From: an uncultured bacterium | Lineage (GTDB): Bacteria; UBA8481 | DNA length: 64,000 nt | Direction of reading: 5' to 3' | Assembly (NCBI GenBank): GCA_964499705.1 | Contig: CAZCME010000006.1 | Location: 124,001-188,000, forward strand | Shown here: in pieces, positions 26,092-36,049 of the stretch | Numbering within the stretch: position 1 is the stretch's first letter | Layout of the letters: every line of letters starts with the position of its first letter | The notes under the pieces: model-generated | What the model saw: only the letters and a program-made list of their open reading frames with translations | The model's database searches: none | What the model was told of the DNA's origin: nothing | Translations under genes and position numbers: made by a program

Positions 26092-26754
26092 CTATCCCAA
26101 CCACATTCTTTTCAGGATGATGAACGCATGCTTCAACCGGATCTTCTTGCCTTCTTCGTTCTTGCGGGGCTTGAAGACGACGGGTTTCTCGATGATGTGC
26201 GAGCGGCGCGCCAGTTGTTCCGCGACTTCGATCTCGATCTCGTAACCCTTCGCCTTCAGGTCGATCTCCTTCCATAACGACGCTTTCGCGGCCTTGCAGC
26301 CGGTCAGGACATCCGTCAAGCGCGTGCCGTTCCTCAGGTTGAACAGGCGCGTGAAGAGCTTGTTCGCGAGGGTCATGGACGGATAGGCGCACTCCTGGTC
26401 GAGGATGAACCGCGAGCCGAACACGACCGGATTCTCGTCCGTGACCGCGTTGGCGACCGTGGCGACATCTTCCGCGGAGATCTCGTTATCGGCATCCTGG
26501 ATGATGATGACGTCGCCGCGGGCTTCGTTCACACCGAGCGAGACGGCGTTTCCCTTTCCCTGGCGGGACACTTCCTGGATCACGCGGAGCTTGGCGATGT
26601 TCTTGTCGAGGTGCTGCAGAAGTTCGTATGTGCCGTCCTCCGACAGGCCGTCCACGACGATGATTTCGCCGATTTCCTCATGATGCGCGAAGGCGTTGAT
26701 CGCCTGGTCGATCGTATTGACCTCGTTATAGGCGGGCATGACGACAGAAATCAT
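26092..26754 (-). CDS. Glycosyltransferase family 2 (DPM1-like polyprenol-phosphate glycosyltransferase)
   Basis: ISVVMPAYNE, IIVVDGLSEDGT, QGKGNAV, IIIQDAD, VFGSRF, LTDVLTGCK. Confidence 0.92.
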   Translation of the reverse strand: MISVVMPAYNEVNTIDQAINAFAHHEEIGEIIVVDGLSEDGTYELLQHLDKNIAKLRVIQEVSRQGKGNAVSLGVNEARGDVIIIQDADNEISAEDVATVANAVTDENPVVFGSRFILDQECAYPSMTLANKLFTRLFNLRNGTRLTDVLTGCKAAKASLWKEIDLKAKGYEIEIEVAEQLARRSHIIEKPVVFKPRKNEEGKKIRLKHAFIILKRMWLG

Positions 26755-26758
26755 GGGA

Positions 26759-26790
26759 GAAGTATGAAGTATGAAGTATGAAGTATGAAG
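26759..26790 (+). repeat. Heptamer tandem repeat (GAAGTAT)x4
   Basis: Read directly; abuts the GT2 start codon region. Confidence 0.95.
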
Positions 26791-26812
26791 AGGAATCGAC
26801 GCATGAGCTTAA

Positions 26813-27505
26813 CTACTCCTCGTCGTACAGCTTTTCGTAATCCGACAATTTTTCGATGGCGTTCCAATGCTCACGGATCGGGTAATCGAGGACACGCTTC
26901 CGGGACTTCACGAGCTTCATCATGAGGTCCGGCATGTCCAGATGCCTGCCGGCGGGGATGAAGACGCCGCGGATACGGGTGTTGACGATGTAGATCCCGG
27001 CGCTGATCGTCGCTGTGTACATCGGTTTCTCACGAACGTTCCTGATCCGGTGCGTCTTCTCGTCTGATTCGATCTCCCCGAAGCGCGACTGTCGCTCATG
27101 TTGAACCGTGCCGACGGTGAAGTCGGCCTTGTGTTTCCTGTGGAAGGCGAGCATCTTCCGGAAGTTGAAGTCCGTGAGGATGTCTCCGTTCATGCAGAGC
27201 AGATCCTCGCCCTCAGGGAGATCGACGAGCCCGATCGGGCCGGCCGTGCCAAGAGGTTTTTCCTCGTCGATGTATCCGATCCTGACGCCCCACTTGGAGC
27301 CGTCTCCGCAGAAGAGCTTCAGGATTTCCGACTTGTAGTTCGTGGAGACGTGGAATTGCCGGATGCCGTGCTTTTTAAGATGGCGGATGATGAGCTCGAT
27401 GATCGGCGTCTCCCCGACCGGCACGAGCGGTTTCGGAATCGCGAACGTCAGGGGCCGAAGGCGCGTCCCGAGGCCGCCGGCCAGGATCAGGGCATGAGTC
27501 CCCAT
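26813..27505 (-). CDS. Sugar-phosphate nucleotidyltransferase
   Basis: ALILAGGLGTRLRPLT..PKPLVPVG, EEKPLGTAG, MNGDILTD, EKP. Confidence 0.92.
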   Translation of the reverse strand: MGTHALILAGGLGTRLRPLTFAIPKPLVPVGETPIIELIIRHLKKHGIRQFHVSTNYKSEILKLFCGDGSKWGVRIGYIDEEKPLGTAGPIGLVDLPEGEDLLCMNGDILTDFNFRKMLAFHRKHKADFTVGTVQHERQSRFGEIESDEKTHRIRNVREKPMYTATISAGIYIVNTRIRGVFIPAGRHLDMPDLMMKLVKSRKRVLDYPIREHWNAIEKLSDYEKLYDEE

Positions 27506-27506
27506 G

Positions 27507-28499
27507 TCAGACGGAATATTCTTCCGGGTTGTACTGCGTGAGGTTCGAACGGAACCACTCCAGGGTCTTCGCGAGCCCCGCGTCGAAGTCGTATTGCGGA
27601 ACCCAGCCGAGGACTCTCTTCGCCTTGGAATTTTCGGAACAGAGCCGAGTCACTTCCGATGCCGTCGGCCGGATTCGCTGCTGGTCGGGCTCCACGTCCA
27701 GAGCGACGCCGGTCAAGGCGGAAACCTTCCGGACGATATCGGAGATCTTCACCTCGACGCCCGTCCCCAGGTTGATCTCCTCCCCGAGAGCCGCCTCACC
27801 GGCCATGCCCGCGCGGAGAAATCCGCTGGCCGTGTCGGAAACATACGTGAAATCGCGCGTGGTGTCGGTGTTGCCGAGCTTCAACTTTTTCTTCACGAGC
27901 GCCTGGACGATGATGGACGGAATGACGGCGCGCATCGACTGCCAGGGGCCGAAGGTGTTGAAGGGACGGAGGATGACGACGGGGGTCTTGAAGGAGCAGT
28001 GGAAGCTGCCCGCAAGAGCATCGCAGCCGACCTTGGTGGCCGCGTAAGGCGACTGCGCGTGCTTCGGATGTTTCTCATCCATCGGCACGTACTGCGCGGA
28101 TCCGAAGACCTCGCTCGTCGAAGTGACGACGAGCCGCTTCACATCCGGATGATCCTTCACCGCCATGAGAACATTCATGGTCCCGAGGAGATTGGTGTTG
28201 AAGACCTCGCCGGGGTGAACGTAGGAATAGGGAATGCCGACCAGGGCCGCGAGGTGGAAGACGTATTCGTGCCCGCGGACCGCCTGGTGCATCGCGGCCG
28301 CGTCCTCGATGTCGCCCCGGATGATCTTCAAGTCGGCGTTGTTTTCGAAGAGCGCCGTGTAGTCGGCGACGTTGTGGGAATTGTATCGGAGGAACGCCGT
28401 GACCTCGGCGCCTTCCGCCAGAAGCAGGCGCACCAGTTCCCGCCCGATGAAACCGCCCGCCCCGGTGACGAGAACCTTTCGTGATTTGTAGTCGGACAT
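27507..28499 (-). CDS. NAD-dependent nucleotide-sugar 4,6-dehydratase/epimerase (LegB-like)
   Basis: VTGAGGFIG, HLAALVGIPYSY, TSTSEVFG, QSPYAATK, RPFNTFGP. Confidence 0.9.
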   Translation of the reverse strand: MSDYKSRKVLVTGAGGFIGRELVRLLLAEGAEVTAFLRYNSHNVADYTALFENNADLKIIRGDIEDAAAMHQAVRGHEYVFHLAALVGIPYSYVHPGEVFNTNLLGTMNVLMAVKDHPDVKRLVVTSTSEVFGSAQYVPMDEKHPKHAQSPYAATKVGCDALAGSFHCSFKTPVVILRPFNTFGPWQSMRAVIPSIIVQALVKKKLKLGNTDTTRDFTYVSDTASGFLRAGMAGEAALGEEINLGTGVEVKISDIVRKVSALTGVALDVEPDQQRIRPTASEVTRLCSENSKAKRVLGWVPQYDFDAGLAKTLEWFRSNLTQYNPEEYSV

Positions 28500-28519
28500 T
28501 GATACTCCTCAATATCTAT

Positions 28520-28568
28520 TTTGTAATTTGTAATTTGTAATTTGCAATTTGTAATTTGTAATTTGCAA
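28520..28568 (+). repeat. Heptamer tandem repeat (TTTG[T/C]AA)x7 in an AT-rich intergenic gap
   Basis: Read directly. Confidence 0.95.
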
Positions 28569-28633
28569 TATCCTGTTTCCCTGACGTTCACGATAAAATT
28601 ACACATTAAATATTAGACATTGAATATTATATA

Positions 28634-30352
28634 TTAATCTTTTTCCCTGTCCGTCACCGCTCCCAGAGACGCCGACGTGACATTGCGCGCGTATTTCGCC
28701 AGGACGCCGCGCGTGTAGCGGGGCTTGGGAGCCTTCCAGGCCTTGAGGCGCTTCCTGATTTCCGATGCCGGGATGTCGAGATTCAGCTCGCGTTTCTCCG
28801 CGTCGATCGTGATCGGATCGCCGTTCCTGACAATCGCCAGGGGGCCGCCGAGGAAGGCTTCCGGCGTGATGTGGCCGACGACGAAGCCGTGGCTTCCGCC
28901 GGAGAAACGGCCGTCGGTGATGAGCGCCACATCCTTGCCCAGTCCCTTGCCCATGACGGCGGACGTCGGCGAGAGCATCTCGCGCATGCCGGGTCCGCCG
29001 CGCGGCCCCTCGTATCGGATCACGATGACGTCGCCCTTCACGATCGTGCCGTCGAGAATTTTTTTCAGCGCATCCTCCTCGGAGTTGAAGACGCGGGCGC
29101 GGCCGGTGAAACGGGATCCTTCCTTGCCGGAAATCTTCGCGACGGCGCCGCCGGCGGCGAGATTACCGTACAGGATGACGAGATGGCTGTTCTTCTTGAT
29201 GGGATCGGCCAGGGATCGAACCACCTGCTGGCCCGCGGGATAGGCGGAGACGCCCTGCAGGTTTTCCTTCACGGTCCTGCCTGTGACCGTCATGCAATCC
29301 CCGTGCAGCAGACCCGCGTCGAGAAGCGTTTTCATGAGCGGCGGCAGGCCCCCGATCTTCACGAGGTCCATCATCAGGTAGCGGCCGCTCGGCTTCAGAT
29401 CCGCGAGAACCGGAACGCGTTTCCCGACGCGCGTGAAATCGTCGATCGAAAGTTTCACGCCGCAGGCGTCGGCCATGGCGAGAAGATGCAGGACGGCATT
29501 CGTGGATCCTCCGAGCGCGATCACGACCGTGATGGCGTTCTCGAAGGCCTTCTTCGTCATGATATCCCGGGGCTTCACGTTCAGATCGAGGAGATGCAGG
29601 ACGGCGGCGCCGGCGTTGCGGCAATCGGCCGCCTTTTCCGGAGAAACCGCGGCCTGGGCCGAGCTGTTCGGCAGGCTCATGCCGAGCGCCTCGATCGCCG
29701 AGGCCATCGTGTTGGCGGTGTACATCCCGCCGCACGAACCCGGACCGGGAATGGCGCACTGCTCGATCGCGGAAAGTTCTCCATCATCGATGCGGTGATT
29801 CGCGTGGGATCCGACGGCTTCGAAGACGGAAACAATGTCCACGTTCTGCCCGAGAAAACATCCGGGCAGGATGGTTCCGCCGTAGACGAAGACGGACGGA
29901 CGGTTCAGGCGGGCCATGGCGATGAGGCAGCCCGGCATGTTCTTGTCGCATCCTCCGACCGCGACAAGACCGTCGAAGCCTTCGCAGCCCGCGACGGTCT
30001 CGACGGAGTCCGCGATCACTTCGCGCGAGACGAGGGAATACTTCATGCCTTCGGAGCCCATGGAGATGCCGTCGGAGATCGTGATGGTGCCGAAGATGAC
30101 GGATTTGCCTCCGGAGGCATCGACGCCGGCGGCGGCTTCGCGGGCGAGCTGATCGATGTGCATGTTGCAGGGCGTTACCATGCTCCACGTCGATACGATC
30201 CCGATCTGCGACCTGGAGAAATCCTCGGACTTGAAGCCGACGGCATGGAGCATCGCCCGGCTGGGAGCGCGGTCGACACCGTCGACGACGATGGAGGAAT
30301 ACTTCCGGTGTCCTCCCGTCGCCGGCTTCTGTTTTCCGGGTGAGGAGGCCAT
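28634..30352 (-). CDS. ilvD: Dihydroxy-acid dehydratase
   Basis: [67 protein letters not shown]. Confidence 0.98.
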   Translation of the reverse strand: MASSPGKQKPATGGHRKYSSIVVDGVDRAPSRAMLHAVGFKSEDFSRSQIGIVSTWSMVTPCNMHIDQLAREAAAGVDASGGKSVIFGTITISDGISMGSEGMKYSLVSREVIADSVETVAGCEGFDGLVAVGGCDKNMPGCLIAMARLNRPSVFVYGGTILPGCFLGQNVDIVSVFEAVGSHANHRIDDGELSAIEQCAIPGPGSCGGMYTANTMASAIEALGMSLPNSSAQAAVSPEKAADCRNAGAAVLHLLDLNVKPRDIMTKKAFENAITVVIALGGSTNAVLHLLAMADACGVKLSIDDFTRVGKRVPVLADLKPSGRYLMMDLVKIGGLPPLMKTLLDAGLLHGDCMTVTGRTVKENLQGVSAYPAGQQVVRSLADPIKKNSHLVILYGNLAAGGAVAKISGKEGSRFTGRARVFNSEEDALKKILDGTIVKGDVIVIRYEGPRGGPGMREMLSPTSAVMGKGLGKDVALITDGRFSGGSHGFVVGHITPEAFLGGPLAIVRNGDPITIDAEKRELNLDIPASEIRKRLKAWKAPKPRYTRGVLAKYARNVTSASLGAVTDREKD

Positions 30353-30753
30353 CAGGGCAGCGTCAGTACTTGTCCCGGCTTGATGCGATTGGGATCCGTG
30401 AGCTGCCTGCGATTCGCCTGGAAAATCTTCGTGTAAGCCGAAGGGGTGCCGTAGTGCTGAGCGGCGATCGAGCCGAGCGTATCGCCTTCCTTGACCATGT
30501 AGGTGACGGCGGAGGGGGCCGCGGAGGAAGCAGCCGAAGGAGCCATCATCGCGAGAGGACGCTCCGCGCCGCCCCGCAACCGGTCGATCTCCGACTTGGC
30601 CGCTTCGAGATCGGCGCGCAGGGTGATATTCTCCCGCAGCGCCTGTTCCAGGGCCTTCCGGAGCGCTTCCATCTCTCCCGCCGAGTCCGTCTGCGCCGAC
30701 ACCATCGGCGATAAAAAGAGAGCCGTCACGGCCAATGCGATCAAACGTTTCAT
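30352..30753 (-). CDS. Secreted coiled-coil plus LysM peptidoglycan-binding protein
   Basis: Signal peptide; [18 protein letters not shown]...IFQAN...[20 protein letters not shown]. Confidence 0.9.
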   Translation of the reverse strand: MKRLIALAVTALFLSPMVSAQTDSAGEMEALRKALEQALRENITLRADLEAAKSEIDRLRGGAERPLAMMAPSAASSAAPSAVTYMVKEGDTLGSIAAQHYGTPSAYTKIFQANRRQLTDPNRIKPGQVLTLP

Positions 30754-30914
30754 GGTTTCGTCTCCTGAAGCTGGAATGGTGGGAATTGTATCGGGGCGGG
30801 CGGGAGCGTCAACAGGAAACAGCGGCTGCCGGGACGGCGGCGGCGGCGCTCAGGAGCGTCCGCGGAAGCGCGAAACGGAGCGACGCTCCGGGGGAGCACA
30901 TTAAACTAGTCTAG

Positions 30915-30946
30915 ACTTGACAAGTCATGACTCGTCAAGTTACATT
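30915..30946 (+). promoter_or_regulatory. Promoter overlapped by a 26-bp palindromic operator
   Basis: ACTTGACAAGTCA|TGACTCGTCAAGT (one mismatch) contains TTGACA (30917); TACATT lies 18 nt downstream. Confidence 0.65.
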
Positions 30947-31000
30947 ATGGTGTAGACGGCCGGGCTTGCGGATTCCGGCCGGCGGAAGGGAGGCTTTTCC

Positions 31001-32389
31001 ATGGCGGATTCTTTCATCGGGCGGGTCAACGAGCTGAAAGCTCTGACGGACGCCTGGGCATCCCCCGGAAGCGCGTTTCTGCCCGTCTATGGCCGGCGCC
31101 GGGTGGGCAAGAGCGAGCTTATTCTCCATTTCCTCAAGTCGCGTCCCGGTCTGTATCACCTCGGGAAACGCGCGCCGCGGGAACTGCAGATCCGGGAATT
31201 CCTGGAGGTCGCGGCGCGCGCCATGGACGATCCGCTCCTCGCGTCCCTCGCCGCGACGGACTGGAAAAGCGCCCTGCAGAATGTCCTTTCACGGTGGAAG
31301 AAGCCCCGCAAGTTCGTCCTTGTCTTCGATGAATTCCAGTGGACGGTCGAGTCGAGCCCGGAACTGCCGTCGGTCCTGCAGGAGCTGTGGGACCGCCAGT
31401 GGAAGGCTTCGGGCCAGGTCTTTCTCATTCTCTGCGGGTCCTATCTCGGCTTCATGGAACGCGAAATCCTCGGCAAGAAGAGCCCGCTCTTCGGCCGGCG
31501 CACGGGCCAGATCTTTCTCAAGCCCTTCCACTTCCGGGAGGCGGCCCTGTTTCATCCCCGTGTTTCGCTGCCCCAGAAGGCCATGACGTACTTCCTCTGC
31601 GGAGGGATTCCGCTCTATCTCGAAAACTTCTCCCGCGATCAATCGATCCTTCAGAACATCGAACGCTGCCTTCTCAACGAATTCGCGCCACTCTTTCGCG
31701 AGCCGGATTTCCTCCTGCGCGAAGAACTCCGGGACCTGGAAAAATATTACGCCATCCTGATGACGCTTTCCTCGGGTTCCAGGCCCAGCCGCGATATCGC
31801 GGCCGCGGCCGGCATCGGCGACAGGAGCCTCCCCTATTATCTCCAGAACCTCGTGGAGCTCGGCTATCTCACCCGCCACTATCCACTCATGGAAGGCGCG
31901 AAAGCCGCGCGGCATGTCCGCTATACTCTCGACGATGCGCTTCTGAAGTTCTGGTTCCGGTTCATCTATCCCCACATCAGCACCATCCTTCGAATCGGTC
32001 CCCGCGCTTCACTCACCGAAATCGTCAAGCCGGGGCTCGACGCCTACTTCGGCTCGTGCTTTGAGACGCTCTGCAGGGAAGCCCTGCCGCGTCTCTATCA
32101 CAGGGAGGGCGTCTCCAGCGCCTTCGAGGTCGGCTCCTACTGGGATAAGAACATCCAGATCGACGTGGCGGGCCTGAGAGAAGACGGCGTGGTCGATCTC
32201 GGAGCATGCAAATGGGGGAAAGTCCGCTCCCTGAAGGAGACCTCCGGAGACCTCATGCGGAAGATTCCGCGCTATCCGAACAAGTCGAACGCGACCGTCC
32301 ATCCGAGAATTTTTCTCCGCGATCCGGCGCGTTCGGCACTCCCGGACAGATCCGTCCGGCTTCATTCCCTCTCCGATCTCTACACTTGA
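31001..32389 (+). CDS. Archaeal-type AAA ATPase with wHTH and C-terminal DUF234 (PD-(D/E)xK-like) domain
   Basis: FIGRVNEL, YGRRRVGKSELI, FDEFQ, ILCGSY, SPLFGRRT, GGIPLYL, FWFRFI, QIDVAG...GACKW. Confidence 0.88.
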   Translation: MADSFIGRVNELKALTDAWASPGSAFLPVYGRRRVGKSELILHFLKSRPGLYHLGKRAPRELQIREFLEVAARAMDDPLLASLAATDWKSALQNVLSRWKKPRKFVLVFDEFQWTVESSPELPSVLQELWDRQWKASGQVFLILCGSYLGFMEREILGKKSPLFGRRTGQIFLKPFHFREAALFHPRVSLPQKAMTYFLCGGIPLYLENFSRDQSILQNIERCLLNEFAPLFREPDFLLREELRDLEKYYAILMTLSSGSRPSRDIAAAAGIGDRSLPYYLQNLVELGYLTRHYPLMEGAKAARHVRYTLDDALLKFWFRFIYPHISTILRIGPRASLTEIVKPGLDAYFGSCFETLCREALPRLYHREGVSSAFEVGSYWDKNIQIDVAGLREDGVVDLGACKWGKVRSLKETSGDLMRKIPRYPNKSNATVHPRIFLRDPARSALPDRSVRLHSLSDLYT

Positions 32390-32479
32390 TCCTTCCCGTA
32401 AGCCTTTTGTTCTGACCCATCCGGGAATCGGGCGACGACATCCTTTCCCTACGGGCCCGAATCTTGCTAAAATAGACCC

Positions 32480-33022
32480 GTGCCTCAACGCTTCTTCGAG
32501 TTCGGTCTCGTGATTTTCGCGCTCGCCGTCCTCGGTTGCGGCTCGGATTTCTTCACGGACCCCGTGCCCCCCGCGCCCGCGCCGGCCGTCACACGCGCGA
32601 GGGAAGCGGTCTTCGAGGAACGCGATGACACGGGCATGGTCCAATGGGTACTGCGTGCCGCGAAGGTGGAACAGGAATCGGGTATCGTCCGGTGCGACTC
32701 GATCCACCTGGTAGTGCCGCCGGGATCGGGCCGTGACAACCTCCGCGGGTTGACAGCCTTCGCCGCGGAAGGAACCTACGCGCATGCCGCCGACACGCCG
32801 GAGGCAACGCTTGAGAAAGGATACGAGATGACGATGCAGAACGGCTGGAGCGCCGTGGGCGACTTCGCAAGGTGGAACGGAAGCTCCATCGTGACACGCG
32901 ACTCCGTCACCCTCTCGCGTCCCGGCTCCAGGATCTACGGCCGCGACGCGGTCATCCACCCCTCGCGTAATCGCATCATCCTGCACGACGTGACCGGCTC
33001 GATCGGGGATCTGACGCTGTGA
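32480..33022 (+). CDS. lptC: LPS export protein LptC-like (possible lipoprotein)
   Basis: N-terminal anchor/lipobox-like VLGC, beta-jellyroll-like body, position directly before lptA-lptB. Confidence 0.65.
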   Translation: MPQRFFEFGLVIFALAVLGCGSDFFTDPVPPAPAPAVTRAREAVFEERDDTGMVQWVLRAAKVEQESGIVRCDSIHLVVPPGSGRDNLRGLTAFAAEGTYAHAADTPEATLEKGYEMTMQNGWSAVGDFARWNGSSIVTRDSVTLSRPGSRIYGRDAVIHPSRNRIILHDVTGSIGDLTL

Positions 33023-33498
33023 ACGGCCTCGTCGCCTTCTCGCTCTTCTTCCTCCTCCAGGCTCCCCCTTCCCCGTCCCTTGCCCGCGCCGCGGTCAAGG
33101 ATACCGAACCGCCTCGGATCGAGATCCGGCATGCTCAGACTGTGGATTACGACGGCCAGGCAAGGCTCATCCGGCTCGACGGAGCCGTCCACGTCGTGCG
33201 CCTAACAATGTCCATCAAGGCGGATCACGTCGTCATACACCTGACGGATGACGAGAAGCGGGTTCAAAGCGCCGTCGCGACGGGCCATGTCGACCTCGTG
33301 GACGGGGAACGGCGCGGACGCGCGGATCGCGCCGAATTCATCGAGGCGTCGCAGGACATCATCCTGACGGGAAATCCGAAGCTGCGGAACGGCCCGAACG
33401 AAATGGCCGCGGACTCGATCGTGTACAACCTGAATGCGCGGACCATGCGCGCCTCCGGGCGGGTCCGCGGTATTCTCGTCCCCGGCGCGACGTTTTAA
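33019..33498 (+). CDS. lptA: LPS transport periplasmic protein LptA/OstA
   Basis: GAVHVVR..IKADHV, ATGHV, GRADRAEF, IILTGNPKL, ADSIVYNL. Confidence 0.88.
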   Translation: MNGLVAFSLFFLLQAPPSPSLARAAVKDTEPPRIEIRHAQTVDYDGQARLIRLDGAVHVVRLTMSIKADHVVIHLTDDEKRVQSAVATGHVDLVDGERRGRADRAEFIEASQDIILTGNPKLRNGPNEMAADSIVYNLNARTMRASGRVRGILVPGATF

Positions 33499-33547
33499 GA
33501 AGGATGAAGTTCGCATGATTTCCGCGATGAAGATTCACGTTTTTATT

Positions 33548-33578
33548 TTCATCCTTCATCCCTCATCCTTCATCCTTC
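33548..33578 (+). repeat. Heptamer tandem repeat ([T/C]TCATCC)x4 with an inverted copy at 33501-33509
   Basis: Read directly; lies in the lptA-lptB gap. Confidence 0.9.
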
Positions 33579-33588
33579 TCATACTGCC

Positions 33589-34365
33589 ATGAGCGAAGCC
33601 GGTCTCTCGGGAAATAATCTCTGCCTCGATTACGGTTCCAAGCGCGCCGTCGATAATCTCTCCATCGCGGTCCGCCCCGGCTCCATCGTCGGCCTTCTCG
33701 GTCCCAACGGCGCGGGCAAAACCTCCACGTTCTACATGATCGTCGGGCTCATCCGCCCCCGCTCCGGGCATGTCACGCTCGACGGCGAGGAGATCACGCA
33801 CCTGCCGCTCGACAAGCGCGCGCGCAAGGGAATTGCGTATCTCCCCCAGGAGGCTTCGGCCTTCCGGGATCTCACGGTGGAGGAAAACATCCGGGCGGTC
33901 CTGGAATTTCAGCCGCTGTCGAAGACCGCCATCCGCGCGAAGACAGATGAGCTGATCGTGGAGATGGGCCTGAATAACGTCACGAAATCCCAGGCGCGCG
34001 TCCTCTCCGGTGGAGAACGCCGCCGGCTGGAAGTCGCCCGCGCGCTCGCGATCTCCCCCAAGTTCCTGCTCCTCGATGAACCCTACGCCGGCATCGATCC
34101 GAAGCAGGTGGAGGATCTCCAGACGATGATCCTGAAGTTGAAACAGAGCGGCATCGGCGTCCTCATCACGGATCACAATGTCCACGAGATGCTCGATGTG
34201 GTCGATACCGCGACGATCATCTTCCAGGGGCGCGTCCTGAAATCCGGCCAGGCGCACGATCTCGTCAACGACCCGGAAGTCCGCGAGCACTACCTGGGCG
34301 AACGATTCCGCTGGGAAGGCGAAGCGCGGCCGGCGGACGACATTCTCCCGCTGCCGGTGGACTGA
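33589..34365 (+). CDS. lptB: LPS export ABC transporter ATP-binding protein
   Basis: GLLGPNGAGKTSTFYMIVGL, YLPQEAS, LSGGERRRLEVARAL, LITDHNV, YLGERF. Confidence 0.97.
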   Translation: MSEAGLSGNNLCLDYGSKRAVDNLSIAVRPGSIVGLLGPNGAGKTSTFYMIVGLIRPRSGHVTLDGEEITHLPLDKRARKGIAYLPQEASAFRDLTVEENIRAVLEFQPLSKTAIRAKTDELIVEMGLNNVTKSQARVLSGGERRRLEVARALAISPKFLLLDEPYAGIDPKQVEDLQTMILKLKQSGIGVLITDHNVHEMLDVVDTATIIFQGRVLKSGQAHDLVNDPEVREHYLGERFRWEGEARPADDILPLPVD

Positions 34366-34367
34366 TC

Positions 34368-35963
34368 ATGCAAGGTCCCAGGCTCGAGCTCTCCCAGCGC
34401 ACCGGCCTCATGATGACGCCGATGATGCAGCAGGCCGTCGCGATTCTTCTGATGTCGACGCTGGAACTGGAACAGCACGTCGACCAGGAGCTGGAGACGA
34501 ATCCGACGCTGGAGCCGGTGGACGAGCCGGAAATATCCGCCGACGGGGAGACGCCGGAGGAACCTGCCACCGTGGAAAGCGAGACGCAGGAAAAAGCGGA
34601 AAGCGCCGCCGAAGACGACTCCGAATTCGATCTGACTCTTCCGCCCAAGACGGAGCCTCCGGTGGAGGCGCCCGAATCGGAACCGACGGGCGAACTGGAT
34701 TTCGAGAACCTCTTCTCCTCGGAGCCGCTGCCGGAATCGCACAGCGGAAGCGGCGACGGAACCGGCGAGAACATCATCGAGGCGACGACGACACAGGAGA
34801 AGCTTCTCTCCGAACATCTGCTCGAACAGCTCGCCCTGTCCACGCCGCCGCATGATATCGAGCAGGCCGCGCGGTATCTCATCTCGCGCCTGGACGAAGA
34901 CGGCTTTCTTTCGGACGATCACCCGGCGTTGTTCGGCGATACGCCCATCGGATCCGAATCCGCACCGGCGTTTCTGGCCGACGCTCCCGTCGAAACCTCC
35001 GCGCAGCCGGACCAAACGCTCGATATGGCCCTGCCTGACGGCTTGACTCCGGAGGCCCTGCGGGAAGCGCTCGAACTCATCCGGACGTTCGATCCGCCCG
35101 GTGTCGGCGCCCGGAACGCGCAGGAGTCCCTGCTGCTGCAGCTCGAACAGCTGGGCCAGTTGGACACCATCCCGTACATCATCATCCGCGATCACTTCGA
35201 CGACCTCGCCCGGAACCGGCTCCCGTCGATCGCGAAAAAATTGATGCTCGAGATTTCCGACATCACCGAGGCGCTGGAGAGCGTGAAGAAACTCGAACCC
35301 CGGCCGGGCCGGGCTTTCGGCGCATCGGACACGACCTACATCGTCCCCGACGTCGTCGTGGAGAAGATCAACGGCGAGTACATCGTCTCCCTCCGGAACG
35401 ACCGCATCCCCCAGCTCCGGATCAGCGACTACTACCGCCGTCTCTTCGAGCGCGAGAAGCGGAAGAAGGGGGAGGTCAGCGATTACCTGAAGCAGAAGCT
35501 CGAATCGGCCTACTGGCTGATCCGCTCCATCGAGCAGAGACAGAACACGATCTACCGCGTCTCAGACTCCATCGTGCGCCACCAGATCGACTTCCTGGAG
35601 TATGGGCAGAAATACCTGAAGCCGATGACGCTCCGCGTGGTCGCCGAGGACCTGGAAATCCACGAATCGACCGTCTCGCGGGTCACGACGCAGAAATACA
35701 TCCAGACTCCGCGGGGAACGTTCGAGCTGAAATATTTCTTCACATCCTCGATCGAGACCTCCAGCGGCGAGGACGCGTCCTCCCGGGCGGTGAAAACCGT
35801 CCTGCAGGAGATTCTTTCCAGTGAAGATACATCCAATCCCTTCTCCGACCAGAAACTGTCCGAGCTCCTCGCGGGCCGGGGCTACAACATCGCCCGGCGG
35901 ACCGTGACGAAGTACCGCGAGCAGTTGAACATCCGGCCGGCCAAGGAACGGATCAAGTATTGA
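34368..35963 (+). CDS. rpoN: RNA polymerase sigma-54 factor
   Basis: MTPMMQQAVAIL, FDPPGVGAR, HESTVSRVT, RpoN box ARRTVTKYRE. Confidence 0.97.
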   Translation: MQGPRLELSQRTGLMMTPMMQQAVAILLMSTLELEQHVDQELETNPTLEPVDEPEISADGETPEEPATVESETQEKAESAAEDDSEFDLTLPPKTEPPVEAPESEPTGELDFENLFSSEPLPESHSGSGDGTGENIIEATTTQEKLLSEHLLEQLALSTPPHDIEQAARYLISRLDEDGFLSDDHPALFGDTPIGSESAPAFLADAPVETSAQPDQTLDMALPDGLTPEALREALELIRTFDPPGVGARNAQESLLLQLEQLGQLDTIPYIIIRDHFDDLARNRLPSIAKKLMLEISDITEALESVKKLEPRPGRAFGASDTTYIVPDVVVEKINGEYIVSLRNDRIPQLRISDYYRRLFEREKRKKGEVSDYLKQKLESAYWLIRSIEQRQNTIYRVSDSIVRHQIDFLEYGQKYLKPMTLRVVAEDLEIHESTVSRVTTQKYIQTPRGTFELKYFFTSSIETSSGEDASSRAVKTVLQEILSSEDTSNPFSDQKLSELLAGRGYNIARRTVTKYREQLNIRPAKERIKY

Positions 35964-36049
35964 TTTACAAGAAACAGGACCGGGAATACAATATTTCGGA
36001 TGCAAACCCTTGAATTCGTACACCATCTGTTCACCAGGGACGTGATTTC

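Noticed and set aside
21472-28568. Short repeat arrays considered as CRISPR
   Set aside because: They are contiguous 7-mers without unique spacers, and no cas genes are present.
28328-28606. ORF containing KLQITNCKLQITN (and NPKSQIPNPN at 21512)
   Set aside because: These are translation artefacts of the heptamer repeats.
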